Below are positions 45,901 through 58,339 of a DNA stretch of 64,000 nt, piece by piece. The notes beneath the pieces were generated by a model, which was not told the origin of the DNA, ran no database searches, and worked only from the letters and a program-made list of their open reading frames with translations. Each line of letters starts with the position of its first letter. Position 1 is the stretch's first letter. A program made the translations under genes and the position numbers. The stretch lies in assembly GCA_964187785.1 (NCBI GenBank), contig OZ076409.1, forward strand, positions 23,996,001 through 24,060,000. The letters run 5' to 3'. The stretch is from Amphiscolops sp. MND2022. Its lineage: Eukaryota.

Positions 45901-48900
45901 TTTAAGAAAATTGGATTTGGCCAAAAACGGAATTTTGGAAAAATCTTATCTTTATTTGCTAGAATTCACCTTTACTAATGCTTGTGCCGTTCAAAGCAAA
46001 CACGGTACCAACAAAATAGGAATTTGCCAACAAACAGTGCTAAAGAATATGGGCAATTAGCAAAATGAATCAGAAGCTGAAAAAAGGTAGGCTGCTTTAA
46101 AATGTCTAGGTTATTTAAGGTAATATTAAGCTTGTGGAAATAAAAGTTTGTGGAGATGATGTCAATTCTTTTTTGCAAATTTACAGATTTCGCGTATTGG
46201 GCTTATTCGTGAAAAGAGCATTCAAATTGTTTGATAAACTGGTGTTTCCAAGGCATTCCTGATATCTTTGCACTTCAGGGCCTTGTGACAGCATATCTAG
46301 CAATGATACGAATATTCAACAAACTTTTTATTGTAAATTTTATAGTGAGTGAGTGCTGTCATCAAGTTTTTTTGACAAAACCATGAGATTTTTCAGAGCT
46401 AGTTGTTTTCTGTGTCATTTAAGTTTGCTGATTTCATCAATCGACCCATGTCTCTGGATGTTTATTGAGCCTAGCAGGTCTCCAAACATCCAATCTTTCG
46501 TTTTTTCGTCAGTTTTTTCTATTAGGGTTTGCTTCTCGATACGTACTGCAACTTCTGTGAGTTAATAAATGACTGGACTACTTTTTGAGTTTCATCTCAG
46601 AGTTTCGGCTAATTTTTCCAAGTAATAAAACGAAAAAATATATTTCATGATGATTTCTAAAGTTCAAGGTCTTGGAATACAGATAAACAAGCCGGGATCG
46701 GCCCAAGTCGGCGCCATATCTAAGGCTCAAAAAACCAAAAGGACTTCAAAATGTCAAAGTATTGGTGAATTGGGGACCCTTTTATGGATTTTTTTTCGAA
46801 AAAAGTCTCACAATGCCGAAAAAAACTGAAAGGGGGGACCATTTAGGATTTTTCAAAATCCATTCTGTCCAAAAATATGAAAAAATTGAAGGTGGGACCC
46901 TTCGGTGAAAAAAAAATTTCGAAAAAAATGTCTCACAGAGCCGAAAATACTCTTTGGCCGGGAAATGGACGATTGAGTCCCAAATGCAAAAAGCGACAAT
47001 TGAGTCTCGAAACAAATTGAGTCCCAAAATAAATTAAATTTAGGGGGTCGACAATTGAGTCCCGCGACAATTGAGTCCCAAATAATTCAGAAATGAAATA
47101 TTATAACGTAGTCAGATATGTTCACATACCCCTAGTGCCCTAAATGCAGGAGCGAAGCGAAGCGGAGCGACGTGCCATATGGCCATGCCTCAATATTGCT
47201 ACTTGGCGAAGGGAGCGAAGCGACCGAGCCATACAAAAAATATGCAACCTTTTCAATTGTCGCTATTTACATTTGGGACTCAACTGTCGGCATTTGGTAA
47301 GTTCGTCAAAGTAATTTGTTTGGGACTCAATTGTCGCGGGACTCAATTGACGCTTTTTGCATTTGGGACTCAATTTGTATTGGGACTCAATTTGTTTTGG
47401 GACTCAATCGTTGCCTCACCCTTTGGCCCCGTTGAGTTTCTTAAATGATATAAAAATACTACTTCGTAAGCTAAGAATTGTAAGAAATTGTAAGATTGTA
47501 AGAATTGTAAGAAAAGTGGACCATTCAGAGTGAGATTGTCAGTTGAAAAAAAAGGATCTCTTTCACTATGTCCCCCCTATATCACTCGTTACACTATGTC
47601 CCCCCCGTAGAGAGAAAGAATGTTTGTGGCTCATTTATATTCATCTCCTATTGGCTAATCTCTCATGCTATTCTGTCAATCAATTGATCTCGTCATAACT
47701 AACGACACTTTTCATTGGTTCTTATTATCAAAATCCCCACTCAGCCAATCAGAAGCGTTGTTATATAAGAGCAGATCTGCGCTATTAGAATGTGCAATAC
47801 ATGTATTTAATAGCGTTTCACTATGTCCCCCCTTTTTGCTGTAGGGGGGGATATAGTGAAAGAGATCCGAAAAAAACTACCCACTGTAATAGTCGGGCTT
47901 TTTTCCTTAAGGGAAAAGGCGCCGACTAAAAATGGTAGGCGAAAATCAAAAAGGGTTTCATGTTAGTTTTATTGCGAAGCGCTTATTGTGGATTAGTGTT
48001 CAAGACTTGTTTTTGGCAATTTGTTTTCGACCAGTTGTTTTTGGTGAGTAGATTCATCATAATTACTTTGGTTTTTGGCAAAAAAATTACGAAATCGTTG
48101 AAAAATGTGCTTTTTTGCCTTTTAGATTTGAGCGTCATTATCTCATCACTTAGACTAAGTGTTGGAGCGAGAGGTTTCACGATTCACTATCATTTCACCC
48201 CACATGCAGTATACTCCAAATTTCAATTATTCAAATGCGTCTTAGATTACTTAATAGTGTCACAATTTCAATCCAAGTGACCAATTATCCAATTAGACAA
48301 TCCAACGATGCCCACTATGCGAACCACGATAATAGGACAAGAATATTAGGCTTTTCAAGGGCAGCTCAAGTATTTGATGATCAAAATTTGATATGAACAT
48401 ACATCGTTCAATAAACGTCTCCCAGCCTGTTATTGAAAAAACAGTTGAAACTTTGAAAATCAACAAAGCTACAAGATGAAGTGCAAAATTTTAATTTTTA
48501 AATCAATCTAGTTAAACGTGTGATTGGGAGCGGCTCACTATGCAGACGGTTCACTAAGCCGATCAAATAAATTCATTCTCAGCGCGTGATTAAATTATTC
48601 TGAACGCGGGATTAAATTCATTCTCAAATTTGGTTGGACAAATACACAATCCAAATAATAGTACATGTAAACAAGAGAGCGTCAATCGAACATTACGATA
48701 ACGTAGTCAGCTTTGGTCACATGCCTTTAATGCCCTAAATGCAGGAACGAAGTGAAGTGGAGTTGCTACTTGGCGAAGGAAGCGAAGCGACCGAGCCATA
48801 CAACATATGCTAACCTCTTTAAAGAAATAAATTTGTTTAATGAATTTTCTTGGTCGGCTTAGTGAACCGTCGGCTTAGTGCACAGCTGTCTGATTAGATC

Positions 48901-51900
48901 AGGACATTTGATTATATTTAATAAACTTATTTCGTATTTCAATTTTAATAATACAATGAAATTCAAGAAAATTTGAAGAACCAGCTTTTTTACCTCCTTT
49001 GGAAATACGGAATCCTGAATTGCATATGTTTCCCTGGGCTACATATACAATAAGATCGTTTATTCATCAAGTTGGATAAGTGGTCACCACCCGAGTTGAC
49101 CCTCTTACTAGCATCTTGGCTGTCTTGGCAAGATTATGCCAAATTCTTACTACATCTCAGCAACCATGGATCCCATTGGAAATTTAATACATTGCTAACA
49201 GAAAATTGACGTCTAACAATGTAAATCTCGCCAAATAGAATTTTACAATAAAAATTTTTCTTGTGAACATGGATCTCTTGATAAGATCTTACCATGGCAA
49301 CATGAACAAGCCGGGAACGGCCCAAGTCGGCGCCATATCTAAGGCTCAAAAACAGCAAAAGGACTTCCAAGTATTCTCTTCTACGGTACCAGAAAAACCC
49401 AAAAGTTGAACCGAATTGGCACACCAGAGGCGACACTTTGAAATTTTTCATCCATTCTGTCGCAAATCATCAAAAAAAATTGGAGGAGGGGCACTTTTGG
49501 TGAAATTTTCTTAAAAAAGTCTCACAATGCCGAAAAAACTGAAAGGGGGGACCCTTTGGGATTTTTCAACATCCGTTCTGTCGGAAAACTCCAAAAAATT
49601 GAAGGGGGGACCCTTTGGGGAAATTTTTTTTTTCGAAAAAAAGTCTCACAGAGCCGAAAATACTCTAAGTCCCTTTGGTCCCTTTGAGTTTCTTAGATGA
49701 TGTAAAAATACTACTTCGCAAGCTTTTAAAGTATTTTATTTAAATTTGCTAAGTAAGAATTGTAAGATTTTAAGATTGTAAGAATTGTAAGAAAAGTGGA
49801 CCGATCAGTGTGAGGATTGTTGTCTGAAGAAAAAAAAGGTCACTGCTATAGGCGGGCATTTTTCCTTAAAAGGATAAAGCGCCGACTAAAAACAATGGCA
49901 AGATCTTAGCCAAGATTGTTCCATGATCTTGCCAAGATCTTACTAAGATATCCATGGAGGGTCAACCCGGGCAAGATTGAAATTGTGTCAGTGTTAATTG
50001 ATATTAGACGAAGTTGGATAATTAAAATGTGGGATGAGATGAAGGCACACCAGGTGTTACGATGACAATGAAACCTTCATGTAACGGCAATTGCGCCGCT
50101 GTTTCCCATTGTGTTTTCTACTAACATTACATTTTACTGAAAGTTCTTTGTTCAGTTGTTTTTTGTCAAAGACATTGTGATTCTGTTTCGATTCACGTTT
50201 TTTGAAACAGCAAGCCGGGAACGGCCCAAGTCGGCGCCATATGTAAGGCTCGAAAATAGCAAAAGGACTTCAAAGTGGCTAGAAGTCTCTTCTACAGTAC
50301 CGTAAAACCCAAAAAGGACGAATTGGCGCACCCTTTCAGATTTTTCATTATCCATTCTGTTGCAAAGTATCAAAAAATTGAATGGTGACCCTTTAAAGAC
50401 ATTAAAAATTTGTCGAAGACGTCACATCCGAACTTTGAAGACGTTATATCCGAAGTTTGAAAACGTTATATCCGAACTTTGAAAACGTTACATGCGAACT
50501 TTGAAAACGTTATATCCGAACTTTGAAAACTTTATATCCGAACTTTGAAAACGCTATATCCGAACTTTGAAAACGCTATATCCGAACTTTGAAAGCATTT
50601 TATCCGAACTTTGAAAACTTTATATCCGCCTTCGAAAACGCTATATCCGAACTTTGAAAACGCTATATCCGAACTTTGAAACGTTACATGAAGTTGAACA
50701 AATGAACAAAAACGTGGACCGTTCAGATTGAACAGAAAAGAAAAACAAGCCTGGAACGGCCCAAGTCGGCGCCATATCTAAGGCTCCGAAATGGCAAAAG
50801 GACTTCAAAGTGTCAAGTATTCTCTTCTACAGTACCCGCGTGAGGACCCTTTGGAGACATTTAAAAAATTTGCGAAAAAAAGTATCACAAAGCAGAAAAA
50901 AACCTGCACAAAAAATTTTTGGTCAAGGGTGGGACTCGAACCCACGTCCTTCTGCTTGGCAGACCTCAAAAAAGCCGTAACCTCTATGCCAAGTGCCAGT
51001 AGAAGTATTGTGGCACAGCTTATTGTTAGTGCAAGTCAGCTTATAAAGCTTATAAAATCTGTCAGTTCGTTGGTCTTAAAAGAAGTCACTACTATAGTCT
51101 GCGTTTTTCTACGAAAAGGCGCCGACCAAAAACACTAGTCCGTGAAACGCTTCCATAATGAACTTGAGTGTAGGTTGATAGTCAATGGAACATTTTTAAT
51201 TGTAATATCCTTATAGAAAAAATTTCTAGCGCGAAAATTATTCTAAATGCACAAGCTGTTTTTTGATAACTTTAGATTTCTCGACATCGATGAACTGTTT
51301 TCTCAAGTGATTCCTTCCATTAGAGTGACCAGTTTTGTTCTAAACACTTAAATGTCCTGTTTTTGTGCCTTTCCCATTGGAGCAAATCTAAAAGGTATCC
51401 AAGTGTAACCTTTGACTAAAGTAAACTTTTACGCTATTCACAGCAGTGTTGTACATATTAACCAATCATTTAAATGATCATTTATATGATCATATAAATA
51501 TTAATATATATAAACCCAATTCATTTAAATGAAAATCATTTAAATGATTAATATAAATGAAAGGTTCTCATTTAAATGATTTTTAACCTTTATCTCGACA
51601 AAACAAATTCCGGTGAAAAACAAAATAGTAATTTGAGTCGAAACAAAATCAAATTGAATTGCTTTGCAAGCGAGCAGCAAATCAAACTGTAACTACCAAT
51701 CATTTCAATTTCCATTTAGCCCCAACAGGGCCAGGCAATTTCCGGATCCATCCAAAAATCTGGTGTTTAAACTTTAAACTACAATATCTACATGCTAAGC
51801 TGTTAATAGGGTTACCATTTAAATGAATCATATAAATATTGTTTATATGATTTCCATATTTTCAATCGTATTTTGACAGTTTATATGTACAACACTGATT

Positions 51901-52165
51901 CACAGTGTATAAGAGTTTATCATAATTTAGGAAGTCAACTTGGATTGTTTTTGACGTTTTTTTCTCAAATACTTGCTGTACTCACGTTTACAGCCGAACA
52001 GTGTTTGGCAACTAGACTGCCTGCCATTATTTCTTCTTTGCAGCTGGAACTCACAATTTCTGTGAAATGGCATTTAGTGTCATTTTTCTCATAATTAGCC
52101 ATTTCAGAAGCTAGAAGCACTTTGAAGTGCAGTATAAAAACTGAGAGTAAAATAAAGGGAATCAT
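42965..52165 (-). CDS. ATRAID: All-trans retinoic acid-induced differentiation factor (APR3); exons 52165-51986, 45063-44907, 43692-43446, 43118-42965 (245 aa)
   Basis: Manual splicing gives signal peptide, SLVAKHCS, RCC..LIGLDLRSC, DFRGL, CPGN, EGF-like CLPDGPSLVQCQC..HSSYRCLR and a TM helix before LWNRSGKK, matching ATRAID architecture. All introns are GT-AG with consistent phases. Confidence 0.88.
43718..44180. mobile_element. MITE with CCCTAG-start TIRs, TA flanks and internal TCTTGCAAGA palindromic repeats
   Basis: TA|CCCTAGGTTGAAAAAAAT ... ATTTCTTCCAAACTAGGG|TA. Confidence 0.75.
46960..47421. mobile_element. Foldback MITE with subterminal TTGAGTCCC/GGGACTCAA repeats
   Basis: Inverted arrays of CAATTGAGTCCC at both ends; flanked by a TTTGGCC duplication. 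Confidence 0.7.
47104..47250 (+). repeat. Dispersed repeat family B (also ~48697-48817, ~53673-53826 on minus, partial ~45230-45350)
   Basis: ATAACGTAGTCAG...GCCCTAAATGCAGGA...TACTTGGCGAAGG.AGCGAAGCGACCGAGCCATAC is shared among copies. Confidence 0.8.
47554..47868. mobile_element. MITE with ~26-bp TIRs (GGATCTCTTTCACTATGTCCCCCC) and 8-9-bp A-rich TSD
   Basis: The right end reads GGGGGGATATAGTGAAAGAGATCC; both flanks read GAAAAAAA. Confidence 0.85.
49090..49971. mobile_element. MITE (TIR CCCG.GTTGACCCTC) with a nested HINE-like copy (49304-49891)
   Basis: CCCGAGTTGACCCTC ... GAGGGTCAACCCGGG; HINE ends lie inside. Confidence 0.72.
50211..51132 (-). mobile_element. Two adjacent HINE-like copies (heads at ~50211 and ~50744) containing a 22-bp tandem repeat (50428-50690)
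   Basis: CAAGCC.GGAACGGCCCAAGTCGGCGCC occurs twice; CCGAACTTTGAAAACGTTATAT-like unit about 11 times; end GGCGCCGACCAAAA. Confidence 0.75.
51444..51897. mobile_element. hAT-type MITE, 15-bp TIR CAGTGTTGTACATAT, perfect 8-bp TSD ATTCACAG
   Basis: ATTCACAG|CAGTGTTGTACATAT ... ATATGTACAACACTG|ATTCACAG. Confidence 0.92.
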
Positions 52166-55100
52166 TTTACGCGAGTAAGGTTTAGTTTAGTCTCTGATAA
52201 TTGACTGAATTTGGTAGAATTTCTACTTGTTTACAATTTGAAGGTTAAACAGCTTGTTCAATTTGGTGCTAAAACACAAATTTCATGTTTCACAATCACT
52301 GAAACTACAATCATCCTTTTGTTTCAATGACTACATTAAACTAATATCGGTGAAATGAGTCCACTCCTAAATTATCAGATGTTTAAGGAATAAATCTGTT
52401 TCATTTATTTGGGTTGCTTCCAAAACATTATGTTGGATCTTTTCTATTCATTATCATCCGCAGTAGGCATTGAAAAGTTAACCCTTACCTCCTCATTGAT
52501 GATGCATCGTTCAATATACTGACCGAGGGGCTATGAGCTCAAATTGCAGTTTGATTATAAGTTTCCAATCCAATGAAGTGATTCGCTAAAGTTATAAGTC
52601 AAATATGTGTGGTGGTATTAATTGTATTCAAAAACAGACTCAATACTTCGAAAATATTTCGAAATAGCCCTCGTAGATCACTGGCCGCTTTTCCGGATAG
52701 ATAGAAGTTGACACTGCGCAATTTTCCGTGACCGGGAAAAACAAAAGGAGAAATATCAAAGAAGGTGACGTTTTTCTTAGCTGTGGCGAGACGCCGGTGT
52801 TGGAATAACTTAAACCATTCGATCAGTTTTTGTTGCCAGGCTCAAAGATTTGAAGAAAACGGCTGAGAAAAATTGAATTCGGATAACCGAAATTATTCGG
52901 AGAAACGCTTTCGATCACAGGTTCGACAGAACAAGTTGTTTAAATTTTGAAATTATTGTTAGACAAAGATACGATTGAATCAGATTTTTCAGCACAGCCG
53001 CTTCGAAACAAGAAATAATATGCTTGTTCCTGTATAATTGAACTAGCTGGCCATTCAACCAGGTGAGAGCTGCGACCAATATCACAATAACTAATTTATC
53101 TGAAATTAGTCAGCCGCGTTTTTCTGTTTCAACTTTTTACCCAAATGATAGAGGTTCTAAAAATTAAACTACAACAACGTAGTTTCGAAGCATATGTAAT
53201 TGTCTAAGTTGTAACGAAAAAGCGCCCCACAAGGACCCCAAATTGCTATAACGTTAGAATTTTCCCGTTTTTGACAGTTTTGTGTTTTGGAACAATTTTT
53301 GAAAGCTTTCGTTGGTAAGGATATCACAGACACTCTTGTATAGAATAATATGAACTTTTTCGAAAAGGAATAAAATGAACACATAAGTGTCAAATTTAAT
53401 AAAAATAACTATACAGCATGGTACCAAAAAGCCTAGTACAGCCAATATTGCAGGTAAAAGTACTGAAAGAGTTTTTTCAAGACATTTTTCAAACAAAAAA
53501 GTCCCAAGAGCAGAAGTTTGAGATTTTGTTCAAAATTACGACGAGAGTTTTTGTTTTGAAACTGAATGAAAATTTTGAAACAATTTACAGTTCCATTATT
53601 CCGAAAATAAATTTACCGTTCCATTATTCCGAAAATAAATATACCGTTCCATCATTCCGAAAAGTTATTTGAAGAGGTTAGCATATTTGTTGTATGGCTC
53701 GGTCGCTTCGCTCCCTTCGCCAAGTAGCAACATTGAGGCATGGCCATATGGCACGTCGCTCCGCTTCGCTTCGCTCCTGCATTTAGGGCACTAGGGGTAT
53801 GTGAGCATAGCTGATTACATTATCGTAATTAGTAAACCGCTTGTGCTGTATTCATTTTATTGGAATGTGATTGGTTGATTGAATGAAATTTTATCGCGTG
53901 ACTCTGACGCGCAGTATTTACTGCGTGTAAACTTTTTCGGAATTTTGGAACTCAATATTTATTTTCGGAATAATGGAACGTAAATTTATTTTTACAGCAT
54001 GCGGCAACGTTCTGGATACGTTTTTTTGCGGAAAATGATATATACAGCTTTCATTTTTCCCGAAAATGTATCGACGAAACAATATATTTACAAAATAAAA
54101 GTGGAAGAATTCTCATTGCGTTGTCTTTTGCGGTATAAGTTTTACGGAGGGTGTTTTCAGTAAAAAAATGTTTGTCAAAAATTAAAGATCTGAATCAATC
54201 GTTTTTTTTTGCTTGCTATATGTGTTATGAATAGCTGTCTTCGATATATTGCATGATAATTTTCGCAAAATGCCAAAATTAAAAAAAAGACTAAGTGCTG
54301 TAATATTTGTAATTTTTGTTTGATTTCGAATTGAAAAATATTTCTGTAATCTCGATCAAAATTTTTAATCGTTGAAAACTTTTGCTTCTGGGAGTTTAAT
54401 GTCGGTTGATTGAGGAAAAATTAAATGCGATTTGGAATTTTTCGTCAGCGAAATGAAGTGTCATAGATTTTTTGTACCCTAGTGTTTATGATGATCGCAA
54501 AAACTGGTTTAATTATTATTATTTTTGCAATAGCAGGAATTTTATCCAAATCTGAATTATTGAACCGTTTTTCAGTTTTTGTCACCGAATTTTTGTCGTG
54601 GTTTCGAGTACCTGGTTTCTGAAAAATTCAGATTCTGTTCGGCAGTGAGTATAAGCGTGAGGTTTAAATTTCGTTTCTCGTGCGATGGAACGAGTGATTG
54701 GTAATTATGCAACCGTACGCCGAGATATTGAGATGAAGCGAACGAGTGTTAAATATTCGTTCGCCGAGAGCTTCGCCTGCATTCAAATGCAAATGCGAAA
54801 ATTCGTCTACGCTTAGTAGTTATATTTACGTTAGTCTGAGAATTAAAGGCGGTGTTAACTGTTAGAGTGATTAATTGTGCGCTATTTAAATGAATAAGAT
54901 ATGCTTCTATTAATGAATATGAACGCCTAAAAGCAGAAACAATACTCTGCCCTCAGGGGCCTATTTTCCAAAGATTGTTCCAAACCTCGTTATTCCAAAC
55001 GTATTCCAGCACATCACCGATTGTCAGTCAGCACTACATAAAACTGGTCAAGCAAAGGGTGAGATGAGTGGAAACGGATCTACAGTAGTGATTCTAGAAG

Positions 55101-55873
55101 AAGCAACATAGAACGCGGAAAGAAAGTAAATAAACAAAGATCATTGGCTAATCAAGGTCTCACGCGCTCATTTCATTGGTCGAGAGCGATTTCCAAAACA
55201 TCATTTTTTAGTTTTTTGAATATTTGACCCACTTACAATTTTTTGATTTCAAAATAATTTCGACAGAAAAATTCTGCCGAACATTTCGAATCTGACAATA
55301 TAATTTTTTCTCGAAAATATTCTAAATTGCATTAATATGGGCTTGTTTTAAGTTGTTAATCTTCAAAATCATATCTTAATACATGTATTTTCGAAAAAGT
55401 CTACTTTTACAGCGCATTTTTTATACAATTTTAAGGTGATTTCTAAATCAAAACATATCAGGGGCTTCAGTTAAATCAGGGGGGTCAATTGAACAAAAAA
55501 TACTTTGAACATTTTGAGCAAAAGTAGACCAAAAGTGAGAAAAGCCTCAATTTTGACCTAAGTTTGGCTAAAAATGGCCTATCGTAACTTCTACAATTCT
55601 CATGGCATAACCTTCAAATAAACATATTTGTAAACTAGATAAAAATCTAAGAAACTTTCACTTTTATCATTTTTCAAAAATCGCTGCTGTTTTAGAGATA
55701 TTCGATTTTGAGATTTGTCTTTTGGTGCTTTTAGAAATATCACTACTGTAAATCAGAATAGGCAGTGTTGAAAAGCAAATGTTGTCCTTACTTGATCAAT
55801 GTTTTTTTTCCATATTACATTTGAGGAGGATAATTCTAAATACAAACACAGTCATCATTCACCGCTAGGTATC

Positions 55874-57596
55874 TGTCGCAGGCTGCCGCCTGTGACGGAA
55901 CTAGAATTTCAACAACAGCTGTTGGCCAAGATGTGGCTCCCGGGACCCTACCCATTTATTAAAAGTAAACTGAAACTTTTCTTTAAACTTTTTCATTGTT
56001 TATGTACCTTGTTGCCTTGATATTTTAAAAACCACCCGAAAGGGCCGTACTGGGACATGTTCCCTATTCCCGAACCAAAATGTGCTTGTTATTTATTTAC
56101 AGACAACTTTAGTTTGAATGTCAATTGTATATTAGTCCGTTAACATGGATTGTGCTGTGCTGTTGCTTTGTAAATGCAATGAAGTATTAATCGGAGATAA
56201 ATAGCAATCAACTTAGAGAAAGTACGGAAACGAGTTCAAATGGTCCTCTGTGCCTTCTTGCTAGCGTCACTTGCGCTCACTCTATTAGCCAATCAGGTGC
56301 TTTCATTTTGTACGCTTTATTCTCTTTTGCCGATTATGGCCTTTGTACAATATGGACGAGTGTGCTATTAATGCCGTTCAGGCGAACGGCCTATTCCGGC
56401 TATTTAGTCTCCAATGAGTGAAGCACTTGTAATTGATGCTAATTTCATGTAGTAGTATTTATTTAGTAGTAGGCTTTGTTGATCACGAAATACCAATTTG
56501 AAGTGCTATTTAGTGCTTTGTTGTGTTACTAACAAATAATTGCCCGATTCTGCTTTAATATAACCCTGTTGCATGAAATTTGATGTTATTGCCTTAACAG
56601 GCCTTTTGCCATTGTACCTATGATAGGTATTTAGACCAAACATATTTGTTGTGCTGTCACGTGCTAAAGAACGCGTACCTGTATCAACAAATACCTGTTC
56701 GATGGAAATATTTTGCCAAATATGTAAACGATGCTAACGGTTGAATGTTTGTTCCTTTGATGTATAATATTTGGAATGGATGGCGTTCATCCCGTGACCA
56801 TCAGAAATGCAGTCATATGATATTGTCTTAGTCAAGGAATGTAAAGAATGTGAGTGTCACTCTTTCGGGGGTATAAATACCTGTGCCTTTGAGAGAGGAG
56901 ACACTTCTTAATTTGCTCTCTTCTGAAAAAGACTATCATATTAGTACAAACGGTTTCACTGTTATTTTCGAGTTATAATCTAATTTAGTTTTATACTCGA
57001 AGTTTTCCTCATGCCTACTACAAGAAAACAAAAGAAGGCTAGAAAATCTAGAGGACTAGAGATCCTTTCTGATATCGAAAATCTAGATGTAATGTTAGGA
57101 GGAAATTGCTACAATGCAACTGAAAGGGAAAGGAGTTTGGACAGTAACTCTGTTAGAAGGAGAGAGAGTGTTACAAGCAATAATTTAGACAACGAAGGCG
57201 AAAGCTTGTTTTCAAACGTTAGAAATGATGAACCTAGGACAAGCGCCGATCTTGGCCGAAACTCAGCTGAAGCAAACTCGTTAGCTGAAATAAACAGGTT
57301 GTCAAGTGAATTAAACTCTAGGATATCCCGTGAGATGGATGAAATGATGAATAACGTTGGTACGCAGATCCAGAGGGCCATTAACGAGGCTATTAACAAT
57401 CAAGTATTACCTCAAATACAGAATGTCATAATGGCCGGATCGGGCCGAGAGACCAGAAGGGGGTGGGAAGTCCCCGTTGAGAGACCGGAAGTAAATGCCG
57501 AGGAACAGCGGATTCCAAACGCTAAGGCCGACTGTAGGAATGAACAACATGATGGATACCGACCAAGTGGTCAATCAAGCCGTCATGCTCATGACA
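55874..57596 (+). mobile_element. Solo LTR (1,723 bp) with TGTC...GACA ends and 5-bp TSD GTATC
   Basis: GTATC|TGTCGCAG ... CATGACA|GTATC; TATA-like TATAAATA at ~56872. Confidence 0.8.
57011..57596 (+). CDS. N-terminal part of a probable gag-like ORF that starts inside the LTR (truncated at the LTR end)
   Basis: Open from ATG 57011 to the LTR end, with a basic N-terminus and a coiled-coil-like middle. Residues after 57596 come from flanking DNA. Gag identity is inferred from position only. Confidence 0.55.
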
Positions 57597-58339
57597 GTAT
57601 CTATCTTTCGGCTCATAATATATGACAGAGCGTGTGTTGTTTCCCATGTAACTGTTTTAAAATCGTGATTTTGAGATCTCAATTAGATACATAACAACAG
57701 AATTTTTAAAAAATAATAATTAAAAATCTTCAAAAATGAATCAAATGAGCTTGAGGTATTAAATAACATCTTGGGATTAAATCGTTCTCTTATGCTTCCA
57801 CAGTAAAGACAGAGAAAACGGTTATTTTTTATTTGCAACTGTTTGGCCTTTTTCTTTCAGAAGTTTCAATTTTCTCACTGGTTTCCCCGAAGAGCACTCG
57901 GTCAACTTTGTTGTATTTGCAGTTGTTGTATTTCTGCCCTGACACATAAAAAAATTCAAACAACTTAGTTTTCATCGTAACATCTAATCAATCTATGTAT
58001 TTTTATGTTTTTCGTTCATCTCAATTTCATCGTTTAATTTATTCAAAGGTTCTTCCATCAATAAGGTTTCCCTTGAAGCAAAGAAAATGTAATCCAAATG
58101 ATGGCTTGCTTATACACGGCGTACATTGTGTAAAAACTGTATCACGTTTTATCACTGTGTTGTGATTTCGAATGATTTCTGCACGTGCCTCAAACGGTAC
58201 AAAAACACGTTGATATTCTTATACAAGTGTACTGATAGCGTGTGGTTACACAATTTACATTTTCCAGTTCAAGTTTTATCTTGAATATCACTCCAAAATA
58301 CGAATATAAATATAGATACTTGAATATATTTGTATTACC

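Larger units (their letters stand above)
46686..47930 (-). mobile_element. HINE-like copy carrying nested insertions
   Basis: Runs AACAAGCCGGGATCGGCCC to GGCGCCGACTAAAA and is interrupted by the MITEs listed below. Confidence 0.72.

Noticed and set aside
46000..46560. Exon-like minus-strand fragments within ATRAID intron 1
   Set aside because: In-frame stops, no recognisable family, and ATRAID is complete without them.
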